A stretch of DNA of 55,310 nucleotides from Treponema sp. (GCA_024681195.1 JAILBH010000173.1:1-55310); one strand, 5' to 3'. Shown: positions 45,884 through 54,859, counted from the first letter of the stretch. Numbers and translations: made by a program. The notes: generated from the sequence alone by a model not told the origin.

Positions 45884-46372
45884 ATGCGTTGTCCATATTG
45901 TGGGAGTTTAGAAGACAAGGTTCTTGAATCAAGAACCATGATGCACGGGGAAAGCATCCGCCGCAGGAGAGAGTGTCTCGACTGTGGTTATCGTTTCACA
46001 AGTTATGAACGCATAGACGAAAAGCCTTTTATGGTCGTAAAAAGAGACGGCCGCAGACAACCCTTTGACATGGTAAAACTTGAAAAAGGAATTGACCGCG
46101 CCCTCGAAAAACGTCCTATTCCGACAGCAATGGTAGAACAGATATCTAATGATATTGAAGACCAGGCTATTAAAATCGGAAAAGAAGCCCGCGAAATCTC
46201 CACAGCTGAATTAGGTGAACTCGTGCTGGAAAAGCTTTACAGCATCGATAAAGTTGCATACATCAGGTTTGCATCTGTGTACCGTCACTTTGAAAACCTT
46301 GATGAATTTATTACAGAAGTCAAAAATATAGATAAACGGGGTGCCCAGACAGGCACAAGAGGGGAAAAGTAA
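45884..46372 (+). CDS. nrdR: Transcriptional repressor NrdR
   Basis: MRCPYC...SR...IRRRREC..CGYRFTSYE, ATP cone, VAYIRFASVY. Confidence 0.98.
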   Translation: MRCPYCGSLEDKVLESRTMMHGESIRRRRECLDCGYRFTSYERIDEKPFMVVKRDGRRQPFDMVKLEKGIDRALEKRPIPTAMVEQISNDIEDQAIKIGKEAREISTAELGELVLEKLYSIDKVAYIRFASVYRHFENLDEFITEVKNIDKRGAQTGTRGEK

Positions 46373-48487
46373 ATGAGTGAACAGTCAATCTTTCCGGAAT
46401 GGAGAAATTTCTTAGGATCCAGTTCCGACTCAGAGACTAAGGGCTTTATTAAATCGGTAGTAAAGCGTTCAGGCGAGATAGCTGATTACGACAGATCTAA
46501 GATCGAAACAGCTATTAACAAGGCAATTGAAGCAGTAGAAAAACGTAAGGATCCGGATAGAGCTTCTGCTCTTACCGACAACGTTGAAGAAAAACTTCGT
46601 CTTCAGCTTGCAGGAGCACGTGCACACTCCATTCCTGCAATCGAAGAAATCCAGGATATCGTAGAAAGCGTACTCATCGAAGCAAACGAAGTAGAAGTAG
46701 CTAAGGCTTACATTCTTTATCGTGCCCGCCACGAAGCAGTACGTGATGCTAAAAACCTCATGGTAGACATCAACAAGACAATGGACGGATACCTTGGACA
46801 GAGCGACTGGCGCGTAAACGAAAACGCAAACGTAAACTTTTCGCTTGGAGGACTCATTCTCCACAACTCAGGTACAATCACAGCCAACTACTGGCTCAAC
46901 AATATTTATTCCAAGGAAATTGCAGAAGCTCACAAAACAGCAGCCTTCCACATTCATGACCTTTCAATGTTCTCTGGCTACTGTGCAGGTTGGTCTCTTC
47001 GCCAGCTTATTGCAGAAGGACTTGGTGGTGTTCCAGATAAAATTACTTCAACACCGGCAACTCACCTTTCTACACTTGTTAATCAGATTGTAAACTTCCT
47101 TGGAATCATGCAGAACGAATGGGCAGGTGCTCAGGCTTTCTCTTCATTCGACACATACCTTGCACCATTTATCCGTGCAGACCATCTTACCGAAAAACAG
47201 GTTCGCCAGTGCATCCAGAGCTACATTTACGGTGTAAACACACCAAGCCGCTGGGGTTCACAGGCTCCATTTACAAACATCACTCTTGACTGGGTATGTC
47301 CCGATGACCTTAAAGATAAAAAAGCTATCGTAGGTGGAAAGGAACAGGATTATACTTACGGCGACTGTCAGAAAGAAATGGATATGATCAACAAAGTATT
47401 CATTGAACTTATGATCGAAGGTGATGCAGAAGGCCGCGGTTTTGCCTACCCTATTCCAACTTACAACATCACACGCGACTTTGACTGGAATTCAGAAAAC
47501 GCAAAGCTTCTGTTTACAATGACAGCTCAGTACGGTACTCCAAACTTCCAGAACTTTGTAAACTCTGATCTTAACCCAAGCGATGTTCGTTCTATGTGCT
47601 GCCGTCTCCAGCTCGACAAGCGTGAACTCCGCCGTCGTGGTGGTGGTCTTTTTGGTGCAGACGAATTCACAGGTTCAATCGGTGTAGTAACTATCAACCT
47701 GCCGCAGATTGCATACCTTGCTAAGAACGAGGAAGAATTCTTTAAGAGACTTGATTATCTTATGGATCTTGCAAAAGAAAGCCTTTGTATCAAACGCAAG
47801 GTTATTCAGAAGCTTTATGATGGCGGACTTTTCCCTTATACCCGTCGCTATCTTAAGACACTCACAAACCACTTTAATACAATCGGTCTTTGCGGTATGA
47901 ATGAATGCTGCTTAAACTTCCTTGGCGTAGATATTTCTGATGCAAAAGGAAAGGCCTTTGCCGAAAAGGTACTTACACATATGCGCGAAAAGATGCAGGA
48001 TTATCAGGAGCAGACAGGAGACCTCTTTAACCTGGAAGCAACACCTGCAGAGTCAACTTCATATAGACTTGCACGCCATGACAAGGAACAGTTCCCTGAT
48101 ATCATTACAAGCGGAACTAATGAACCATTCTATACCAACTCTTCACAACTCCCTGTTGATTACACAGCAGATGTATTCGAAGCACTGGATCACCAGGAAG
48201 CACTGCAGACAAAGTATACCGGCGGTACAATGTTCCACGTATACATGGGCGAAGCACTCAAGGACTGGAAGAGTTGTGCAGATTTAGTACGCACTATTTC
48301 TCACAAATATAGAATTCCATTCTTTACAATTTCGCCAACATATTCAATCTGTAAGGTACACGGTTACTTGACCGGCCAGCAGTTTGAATGTCCTAAGTGT
48401 AAGGCAGAAAAAGAAAAGGCTCTTAAAGAAAAGCTTAAGGCACTGGAATTGGAAAAGGAGAAGATCCTTGCAGCATCTGCAAAATAA
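46373..48487 (+). CDS. nrdD: Class III ribonucleotide reductase, large fragment lacking the glycyl-radical loop
   Basis: ATP cone, HIHDL, YCAGWS, QNEWAGAQ, SMCCRL, EATPAES, YTGGT, CKVH...CPKC, then a coiled-coil tail; no R-x-x-G-Y motif. Confidence 0.93.
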   Translation: MSEQSIFPEWRNFLGSSSDSETKGFIKSVVKRSGEIADYDRSKIETAINKAIEAVEKRKDPDRASALTDNVEEKLRLQLAGARAHSIPAIEEIQDIVESVLIEANEVEVAKAYILYRARHEAVRDAKNLMVDINKTMDGYLGQSDWRVNENANVNFSLGGLILHNSGTITANYWLNNIYSKEIAEAHKTAAFHIHDLSMFSGYCAGWSLRQLIAEGLGGVPDKITSTPATHLSTLVNQIVNFLGIMQNEWAGAQAFSSFDTYLAPFIRADHLTEKQVRQCIQSYIYGVNTPSRWGSQAPFTNITLDWVCPDDLKDKKAIVGGKEQDYTYGDCQKEMDMINKVFIELMIEGDAEGRGFAYPIPTYNITRDFDWNSENAKLLFTMTAQYGTPNFQNFVNSDLNPSDVRSMCCRLQLDKRELRRRGGGLFGADEFTGSIGVVTINLPQIAYLAKNEEEFFKRLDYLMDLAKESLCIKRKVIQKLYDGGLFPYTRRYLKTLTNHFNTIGLCGMNECCLNFLGVDISDAKGKAFAEKVLTHMREKMQDYQEQTGDLFNLEATPAESTSYRLARHDKEQFPDIITSGTNEPFYTNSSQLPVDYTADVFEALDHQEALQTKYTGGTMFHVYMGEALKDWKSCADLVRTISHKYRIPFFTISPTYSICKVHGYLTGQQFECPKCKAEKEKALKEKLKALELEKEKILAASAK

Positions 48488-48534
48488 TTTAATTATATAT
48501 TAAAGAATTTTGCAGCTTGTTCCGAGAATTTTAG

Positions 48535-48582
48535 TGTCAAACATGTTGACAATATGGTAAAACTACACTATATTTAGTGTAG
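48535..48582 (+). promoter_or_regulatory. Internal promoter with an NrdR box for the small RNR subunit and nrdG
   Basis: TTGACA(48546-51)-N17-TATATT(48569-74); near-perfect palindrome ACACTATATTTAGTGT (48565-80) over the -10. Confidence 0.85.
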
Positions 48583-48652
48583 GTGGAATAAATATAAAGT
48601 TGTAATAATTACAAAATAAAACTTTATATGAAAATTGGGAGGAGATAAAAGT

Positions 48653-49192
48653 ATGGAAGCAAGAACTATCGAACAGATTGAAAAAGAAATTGCAGAAACA
48701 AAGGCCGAACTTAAAGACGTACACGGAAGCGAAACAGAAGTATACGCCCGCATCGTTGGTTACTACCGAGCAGTAAAGCACTGGAACAAAGGTAAGCGCG
48801 ATGAGTTTGACCAGAGAAAGATGTTCACCCTTGAAGCAAGCAAGGAATACGATATAACAGCTGCAGACGAACCATGTGTTAGAACTGCACCTGCAAAAAT
48901 GAATAAAACCGAAGAGCACCCTGTAATGAATACAGAAGCCGCTACTTATGAAATGTATACAAGAAAGACATGTCCAAACTGTCCTCCTGTAAAAGCATTC
49001 ATGGCAAATGTAGAAATTCCTGGACGCAACATTGATGTAGATTCAGAAGAAGGACTTGCAGAAGCCGGAAACAAAGGAGTATTTGCAGCTCCAACTGTAA
49101 TTTTCTATAACAATGCCGGTGTAGAAACCGCACGCTGCCACAACGTTGAAGAACTTGAGGCAGTATTCAACAAGGTAGCAGTTACAGCATAA
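48653..49192 (+). CDS. NrdD C-terminal glycyl-radical module fused to a thioredoxin/glutaredoxin-like domain
   Basis: EVYARIVGYYRAVKHWNKGKRDEFDQRK, then YTRKTCPNCPPVK...VDSEEG...APTVIF; GGAGG SD before ATG 48653. Confidence 0.9.
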   Translation: MEARTIEQIEKEIAETKAELKDVHGSETEVYARIVGYYRAVKHWNKGKRDEFDQRKMFTLEASKEYDITAADEPCVRTAPAKMNKTEEHPVMNTEAATYEMYTRKTCPNCPPVKAFMANVEIPGRNIDVDSEEGLAEAGNKGVFAAPTVIFYNNAGVETARCHNVEELEAVFNKVAVTA

Positions 49193-49195
49193 ATC

Positions 49196-49948
49196 ATGTC
49201 AACACTACCCTTAGACAAACCTGCCGGAGTTCTGGTAAAGACAACTTGTGTTGATTACCCGGGCCTACTGGCAGGTTCTTTTTTTCTAAAAGGATGCAAT
49301 CTCCGCTGCCCCTACTGCTACAATGTAGGTCTTGTCCTTGGTAAAGATGACGGCACTCAGCCGCTGAATACAGTGCAGGAACTTTTTGATCACCTTGAAA
49401 AACGACAGGGCATCCTTAAAGGTCTTACAATAAGCGGCGGAGAACCATTGATTAATCCTTACACACCTCTTATTATTCGTAAAGCCCGCGAACTTGGTTA
49501 CCAGATAAAACTGGACACCAACGGCACACTTCCCGACGAACTGGAAGCCTTTTTGGATAACCCCGAACTGCGTCCCGACTTTATAGCCATGGACATAAAG
49601 ACCACACCTTCCAGATACGCACAAATTATTTGCCCCGCCTTCAGTAACTTTTACGGAAACAAAGAACACTTTGAACATGTAGTATCAAGAACCGCAAAAT
49701 TAGTAGCCTCCTACCCCGCCGACAAACGTGAATGGCGAACAGTCCTGGTCCCACCGCTTGTCCAGAAAGAAGACATCGATGCCATGGCCGCAGTTTTGCC
49801 CAAAGACGCCAGCTGGCAGTTTGCCCAGTTTATGAACAAAAACTGCATCGACCCATCCTATAATGAAATCTACCCCTACACCGACCAGGAAGCCAGCGAC
49901 TTAATAGAATATGCAAAAAAATTAATCCCCGGTGCCAATTTACGCTAA
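49196..49948 (+). CDS. nrdG: Anaerobic RNR activating radical-SAM enzyme
   Basis: VDYPG, GCNLRCPYCYN, SGGEP, KLDTNG, AMDIK. Confidence 0.93.
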   Translation: MSTLPLDKPAGVLVKTTCVDYPGLLAGSFFLKGCNLRCPYCYNVGLVLGKDDGTQPLNTVQELFDHLEKRQGILKGLTISGGEPLINPYTPLIIRKARELGYQIKLDTNGTLPDELEAFLDNPELRPDFIAMDIKTTPSRYAQIICPAFSNFYGNKEHFEHVVSRTAKLVASYPADKREWRTVLVPPLVQKEDIDAMAAVLPKDASWQFAQFMNKNCIDPSYNEIYPYTDQEASDLIEYAKKLIPGANLR

Positions 49949-49960
49949 TAAAATTCATCT

Positions 49961-50110
49961 AAAAAAATGCGCGAAGGCGACTTGTGGATTTCGAAAACGC
50001 TCTGAAGTGCGGCCGCAAAGCGGCCATGTATATAATTACAAGGCACTTCAGCGCGTAGGCGGTGAACCGCCGGTTTCGCAAATACACAAGGCGCCTGGGA
50101 GCATTTTTTT
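49961..50110 (+). repeat. Structured intergenic element, copy D (homolog of 18187..18333)
   Basis: Terminal IR AAAAAAATGC/GCATTTTTTT; same core and fold as copy A. Confidence 0.9.
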
Positions 50111-50137
50111 CAAATAAATTTATTTTATATGTGCATA

Positions 50138-50166
50138 TTGACACATATTTTTTTTTCATATACTAT
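50138..50166 (+). promoter_or_regulatory. sigma70 promoter of the tRNA
   Basis: TTGACA-N17-TACTAT. Confidence 0.75.
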
Positions 50167-50179
50167 TCAAACATTGCAT

Positions 50180-50252
50180 GGGGATATAGCTCAGTTGGTA
50201 GAGCACACGGCTCATATCCGTGCGGTCATAGGTCCGAGTCCTATTGTCCCTA
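50180..50252 (+). tRNA. tRNA with CAU anticodon, probably elongator Met; CCA not encoded
   Basis: Acceptor GGGGATA/TGTCCCT, D arm GCTC-AGTTGGTA-GAGC, anticodon arm CACGG-CTCATAT-CCGTG, T arm ATAGG-TCCGAGT-CCTAT. No C1:A72 mismatch or GGG/CCC stem, so not initiator; Ile2 not excluded. Confidence 0.92.
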
Positions 50253-50255
50253 TAT

Positions 50256-50284
50256 AGTCTGTTCCTTCTGGAGCAGACTTTTTT
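50256..50284 (+). terminator. Intrinsic terminator after the tRNA
   Basis: AGTCTGTTCC-TTCT-GGAGCAGACT followed by a T tract. Confidence 0.85.
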
Positions 50285-50299
50285 ATTTTAAAAATATAG

Positions 50300-50328
50300 T
50301 TGTTAAAATAAAAAAAACGGTTTATAAT
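50300..50328 (+). promoter_or_regulatory. sigma70 promoter
   Basis: TTGTTA-N17-TATAAT upstream of 50356. Confidence 0.65.
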
Positions 50329-50355
50329 TGAAGGACAATTAAAGGAGTCTTTTTT

Positions 50356-50793
50356 ATGAAGAAAATATTCTTAATCGCCGTTCTGGCAAGTATCTTTACA
50401 TGTGCTGCATTTGCACAAAATCAGGATCTTTCACATCCAAAGGATGAATCAAAATGGAGTGACATTTCTTACGTAACAGCTCCTGTACTTAAGGTTTTGG
50501 AAGCCAAAGAATATTATGTAGTTATCTATCAGAAAAAATATGCAGGAACAGCTTCTGTTGTAATTCCTAAATCATGGACAACCTTCTCAAAGGAACAGCC
50601 AAGAAAGCTTAAATTCCGCAACATCACTAACCCTGATGCATCTTTTATAACTGTTGTTAAGAAAGCAGATAATTTCCATCGCGTAATCCTTACTATCCCT
50701 ATGAAAAAGAATAATAAGCTCTGGGGTGTTGTAACCAGCGATAAAAAGATTGACAACATTGACAAAGACACTCTCGAAGAATTAGACATCTAA
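50356..50793 (+). CDS. Hypothetical exported protein
   Basis: Signal peptide ending AFA-Q; AAGGAG SD. Confidence 0.8.
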   Translation: MKKIFLIAVLASIFTCAAFAQNQDLSHPKDESKWSDISYVTAPVLKVLEAKEYYVVIYQKKYAGTASVVIPKSWTTFSKEQPRKLKFRNITNPDASFITVVKKADNFHRVILTIPMKKNNKLWGVVTSDKKIDNIDKDTLEELDI

Positions 50794-50796
50794 AAT

Positions 50797-51789
50797 ATGA
50801 GTATTCTTACACAAAAAGACTCAGACGAACTTAAGGATTTTATTGAAAAACATAAATTCTTTTTGATTATAGGGCATAAGGAACCTGATGGGGATTGTAT
50901 TGCCTCCTGTCTGGGTCTTTCTGCTATTATAGACCATTTTAATAAACCATATCAGCTTATCTCTGCAGGTCCGTTCAAAAGAAACGAAATTATTAAATAT
51001 CAGAAAAAATTTACAGATAAAATTGACTTTCTGGATGAAGCTGAACGCAAATCAACAGGTCTTTTTATAACCGACTGTTCAGAAATTAAACGTCTTGGTG
51101 ACCTTGATTTTGACTTTAAAGATATTGATACCTTTATTATTGATCACCACAAAACTTCAGATCTTCCGCCAAATGCAAAAGGATATATAAACGCAAATGC
51201 TCCGGCAGCAGCCTATCTGATTCAGCTTTTTTACGAAAGCATTATAGGACCAGTTCCAAAAGCTCTTGCCGAAATTCTATTTTTTGGAATCTGTACAGAT
51301 ACTGGTTTCTTCCGTTTTTTGAATTCCTCACAAACCACAAGTGACGTTTTCCTTGCTGTTTCAAGACTAACAGCTGACGGTGCTGATCCACGCAAAATCT
51401 ACAACGAAATAAACAATGGTAAACCATGGTCTACAAGAAAGCTTTTAGGAGTTCTTTTAAACCGCGCAGAACGTTATCTGAACGGCAAATTAATCATTAC
51501 TTACGAAACTCTTGAAGACACACACAAGCTTGGTTCCGAAGGCCGCGATTCAGATGCACTATATCAGCTTTTACTTTCTTCAAAAGAAACAAAAGCTGCA
51601 GTTTTCATAAGACAGGATTCCCCTACAACATGTACCGGAGGGTTCCGTTCTTTGGATGACATAGATGTTTCTGTTGTTGCATCCAAATTTGGCGGCGGCG
51701 GACATAAAAACGCATCGGGAATGAGCACAGAAGGCCGGATTGATACCCTGATTCCTGCAATTGTAAAAGAATTTGCACGTATTATGTAG
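50797..51789 (+). CDS. nrnA: DHH/DHHA1 phosphoesterase (NrnA-like oligoribonuclease/pAp phosphatase)
   Basis: HKEPDGDC, TDCS, IDHH, TDTGFF, GGGGHKNASG. Confidence 0.88.
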   Translation: MSILTQKDSDELKDFIEKHKFFLIIGHKEPDGDCIASCLGLSAIIDHFNKPYQLISAGPFKRNEIIKYQKKFTDKIDFLDEAERKSTGLFITDCSEIKRLGDLDFDFKDIDTFIIDHHKTSDLPPNAKGYINANAPAAAYLIQLFYESIIGPVPKALAEILFFGICTDTGFFRFLNSSQTTSDVFLAVSRLTADGADPRKIYNEINNGKPWSTRKLLGVLLNRAERYLNGKLIITYETLEDTHKLGSEGRDSDALYQLLLSSKETKAAVFIRQDSPTTCTGGFRSLDDIDVSVVASKFGGGGHKNASGMSTEGRIDTLIPAIVKEFARIM

Positions 51790-51884
51790 CAAATTTCATC
51801 TAATCTTCTATATCAAGCCTTGCGGCATTGGTCTCTTTTAATAAATAATTAAATATCTCACATAAATTCAATCAGGAGGTATTT

Positions 51885-52877
51885 ATGACAAGAGAACAAA
51901 TCGAAAAAATTCCTGAACAAATTAATTCGGGAAGGTTGTCACGTACAGAGGCTGTAAAAAAGCTTGCTGTTTTTATTGCTCAAAACAAGTCTTTGTATGG
52001 TTTGCAAAAATACGATGAAGATCTTCAAAGTGAATTCTTTATTGCATTTTTAGAACGTGCAGAACGGTCGCTTGATTCCTTTGATGTAAATCAGGGAACC
52101 TTCTTTTCGTACTCCTTTTGTCTTATAAGGAATATCTGCAGCTCGCTTGTGAAGAAAAAAACTATAAGCAATGCTATTGAACATCATAATATGTGCGAAA
52201 GTATAACAAGTTACGAAGAAAGAATGCAGGCTTACCAGCAGATTAAATTTGAAGAATTTGAAAAGCCCAAAATACCTTACAGATTTACACCAATTTCATA
52301 CAAGGATTTTCAAATTGCCTGTAAAACAGATACTTATCATATTAAAGAAGTACAAAACAAAAATCTGATTAATATTCCACCCGAAATACAGGAAAAGCTT
52401 AAAGCTTATTCTCCAAGAGTAGTACAAAATATGGTAATGGTGCTGGCCTTAAAATCTGCCTTTTATATTACGGAAGAACAGATAAACACAATTTCTATAT
52501 GGTTTAATATAGATAAAGTAAAACTTGAGACAATTATTCAGGAGATAAAAGATGGAATGGCCGAACGCATAGCACACAAAGAAATTATTGAGCAGAGACG
52601 GAACAGAGCTTATTTTCAGCACAAAAAATTAAAAAGTCAGATTGACTGGAACAAAGATAATAAGATGAATCCGGAATACATTAATGATTCACTAAACAAA
52701 AAATATGTTAAAAACACCAAAACCTGGCATATTTTAAATTATCAAATGGCTAAAGGTAAGATTCACATTCGTCCCACTACAAAACTTATTGCACAGGTAC
52801 TTGGAATCAGTGCAAGACAGGTTACTTATTATCAGACATTAGCAAGAAAAATTGGTTTAGACCTGTCAAAAGTTTGA
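51885..52877 (+). CDS. Hypothetical protein with sigma-factor-like ends
   Basis: DEDLQSEFFIAFLE...FD...GTFFSYSF..IRN (region-2-like) and TTKLIAQVLGISARQV (HTH); AGGAGG SD. Confidence 0.6.
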   Translation: MTREQIEKIPEQINSGRLSRTEAVKKLAVFIAQNKSLYGLQKYDEDLQSEFFIAFLERAERSLDSFDVNQGTFFSYSFCLIRNICSSLVKKKTISNAIEHHNMCESITSYEERMQAYQQIKFEEFEKPKIPYRFTPISYKDFQIACKTDTYHIKEVQNKNLINIPPEIQEKLKAYSPRVVQNMVMVLALKSAFYITEEQINTISIWFNIDKVKLETIIQEIKDGMAERIAHKEIIEQRRNRAYFQHKKLKSQIDWNKDNKMNPEYINDSLNKKYVKNTKTWHILNYQMAKGKIHIRPTTKLIAQVLGISARQVTYYQTLARKIGLDLSKV

Positions 52878-52902
52878 TTTTTATTCTACTTCTCTGTATT
52901 AT
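52874..52902 (+). promoter_or_regulatory. sigma70 promoter for rdgB, apparently leaderless
   Basis: TTGATT-N17-TATTAT, 6 nt before ATG 52909, no SD. Confidence 0.65.
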
Positions 52903-52908
52903 GTCACT

Positions 52909-53562
52909 ATGAAGATTTATTTAGCTACAAATAACAAGAATAAGAAAAAAGAAATGGTTGAACTTTTGCCAAACCATTTAATTGTAATTCCATCTGATGA
53001 AGGAATTGAATTTAATCCAGAAGAAACTGGAACTACATTCTACGAAAACAGCTTGATTAAAGCTAAGGCTTTATATGATATAGTACACTATCCGGTGATT
53101 GCGGATGACTCAGGTATCTGTGTTGACGCGCTGGGAGGATCACCTGGTATTTATTCTTCACGCTACGCAGGTCCAAAATATCCGCGCGGCAAGAAAAATG
53201 GAACTAAAATATCCCAGGAAGAACAAAACATTTTCCTTATCCAGGAACTTAATGATGCAATTAAAAAAGGAAACCTTCCTAAAGCTCCATATCTTAACGG
53301 TCACCGCTCCTGCCATTACACCTGTGCTATGGTATTATATGCCGGACCAGACAGAATTTTTATAGCTCAGGAAACCTTTGAAGGAACTCTCATAGACGAT
53401 ATCAAAAATCAAGCCGGAACAGGTGGTTTTGGCTATGATCCTATAGTTTTTCTCCCACAAAACGGCAAAACTGTCGCTCAGATAAGTGCAGTCGAAAAAA
53501 ATGCCATATCACATCGTGGTAAAGCTGTAAGGGCAATAAAAGGGATAATAGATAAACTATAA
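52909..53562 (+). CDS. rdgB: Non-canonical purine NTP pyrophosphatase
   Basis: LATNNKNK, EETG.TF.EN..IKA, ADDSG, GFGYDP, KNAISHRG. Confidence 0.96.
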   Translation: MKIYLATNNKNKKKEMVELLPNHLIVIPSDEGIEFNPEETGTTFYENSLIKAKALYDIVHYPVIADDSGICVDALGGSPGIYSSRYAGPKYPRGKKNGTKISQEEQNIFLIQELNDAIKKGNLPKAPYLNGHRSCHYTCAMVLYAGPDRIFIAQETFEGTLIDDIKNQAGTGGFGYDPIVFLPQNGKTVAQISAVEKNAISHRGKAVRAIKGIIDKL

Positions 53563-53601
53563 TAATTCTTTAAAATTTTTAATTTTTTTTAAAATTTTCT
53601 C

Positions 53602-53629
53602 TAAAGTTTTTTTCTAATGCTGACGAAAA
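53602..53629 (+). promoter_or_regulatory. sigma28 (FliA)-like promoter of flaB
   Basis: TAAAG-N15-GACGAAAA versus consensus TAAA-N15-GCCGATAA. Confidence 0.6.
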
Positions 53630-53745
53630 TTTATATGAACCGCCATGGGTGTTTCGACTTCGTAGAAGCAGCATTCAGGTCGGTTTAAGCAAAGATGTGT
53701 AGATGTAGCCTTGTAAACATTTGCACATTTTTGCATCTTTTCTAC

Positions 53746-53787
53746 CAGAAGAAAGGATTCTTCTGCTACATATTCCAAGGAGGAATA
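53746..53787 (+). promoter_or_regulatory. Two GGA-loop hairpins (CsrA-type sites), the second containing the SD
   Basis: CAGAAGAA-AGGA-TTCTTCTG and TATTCC-AAGGA-GGAATA. Confidence 0.7.
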
Positions 53788-53789
53788 CT

Positions 53790-54650
53790 ATGGTTATTAA
53801 TCACAACATGTCGGCAATGTTTGCCAATCGTCAGCTTGGTGTAACCGGGCTCAGTCTCAACAAGGATATGGAGAAATTATCTTCAGGTTTACGTATTAAC
53901 CGTGCCGGTGATGATGCTTCAGGCCTTGCAGTATCAGAAAAAATGCGCAGCCAGATTAGAGGCTTGAATCAGGCTTCTCAGAACGCACAGAATGGTATCA
54001 GCTTTATCCAGACAACAGAGGGTTACCTCCAGGAAACAACTGACCTTATGCAGCGTATCCGTGAACTTGCTGTTCAGTCATCTAACGGAATTTATTCCGA
54101 TGAAGACCGCATGCAGATCCAGGTAGAAGTTTCTGCTCTTGTTTCTGAAGTAGACCGCATTGCAAGTTCAGCTCAGTTCAATGGTATGAACATGCTTACT
54201 GGACGTTTCGCTAGACCTACCGGTGAGAATGTTGTAACTGCATCTATGTGGTTCCATATTGGTGCTAACATGGATCAGAGAACTCAGGTATTTATCGGTA
54301 CTATGTCTGCTATGGCTCTTGGCATCCGCGAAATCGGAACAGAAGCTAAGCTTTCTATTGCTACACCTGAGGAAGCCAACCGTGCAATCGGTACAATCGA
54401 TGAAGCACTCAAGAAGATCAACAAACAGCGTGCAGACCTTGGTGCATACCAGAACCGTCTTGACCTTACAGTAAAGGGTCTTGATATTTCTGCTGAGAAC
54501 CTCCAGGCTTCAGAATCACGTATCCGTGATGCTGACATGGCTTCTCAGATGGTAGAATTCACAAAGAATTCAGTACTGCAGCAGGCTGGAACTGCTATGC
54601 TCGCTCAGGCTAACACCCAGAGCCAGACTGTTCTTAGTCTCTTGCGCTAA
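53790..54650 (+). CDS. flaB: Flagellar filament core protein FlaB (286 aa)
   Basis: [45 protein letters not shown]-like C-terminus. True start is ATG 53790 (AAGGAGG SD). Confidence 0.98.
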   Translation: MVINHNMSAMFANRQLGVTGLSLNKDMEKLSSGLRINRAGDDASGLAVSEKMRSQIRGLNQASQNAQNGISFIQTTEGYLQETTDLMQRIRELAVQSSNGIYSDEDRMQIQVEVSALVSEVDRIASSAQFNGMNMLTGRFARPTGENVVTASMWFHIGANMDQRTQVFIGTMSAMALGIREIGTEAKLSIATPEEANRAIGTIDEALKKINKQRADLGAYQNRLDLTVKGLDISAENLQASESRIRDADMASQMVEFTKNSVLQQAGTAMLAQANTQSQTVLSLLR

Positions 54651-54672
54651 TTGTTGTGATAGAGGATATATA

Positions 54673-54770
54673 GCAGCGGTTTCTTAATGGGGCCGCTGCC
54701 CTCCCCTATGGTTCTTAGTGTACAATGCCTGAATCTGTTATGGGTTATCCCAAACAGACCAGGTTGCACG
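54673..54770 (+). other. Tandem 3'-UTR hairpins after flaB
   Basis: GCAGCGGT...GCCGCTGC and GCCTG..TCTGTT.TGGG-TTAT-CCCA.AACAGA.CAGGT; no U tract directly after the first. Confidence 0.55.
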
Positions 54771-54796
54771 GTGTTTAATTTTCTTTATTATTTTTC

Positions 54797-54859
54797 TTAA
54801 CAAAACACCAATAATATTGTACAATATATGTAAATTCAGTGCATATAGTTCTTTGAAAA
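54797..54859 (+). promoter_or_regulatory. sigma70 promoter followed by a BoxA-like motif
   Basis: TTAACA-N17-TACAAT (54797-825); GTTCTTTGAAAA (54848-59). Confidence 0.6.

Noticed and set aside
48420-48660. nrdD split as a frameshift, pseudogene or intron
   Set aside because: The 165-bp AT-rich gap holds a promoter, an NrdR box and an SD, has no intron-like structure, and both ends carry added helices.
49961-50110. Elements A/D as hammerhead ribozyme, SRP RNA, 6S RNA or plain terminator
   Set aside because: No CUGANGA/GAAA core arrangement, no SRP GGAAG/AGCAG domain, no dedicated promoter, and the fold is far more complex than a terminator, though it may also terminate.
53721-53789. 23-aa N-terminal extension of FlaB in the ORF track (likewise extensions of surE, rpoZ, udg, araD and 48635)
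   Set aside because: Canonical N-termini, SD positions or coupling to the upstream stop support the downstream ATGs.
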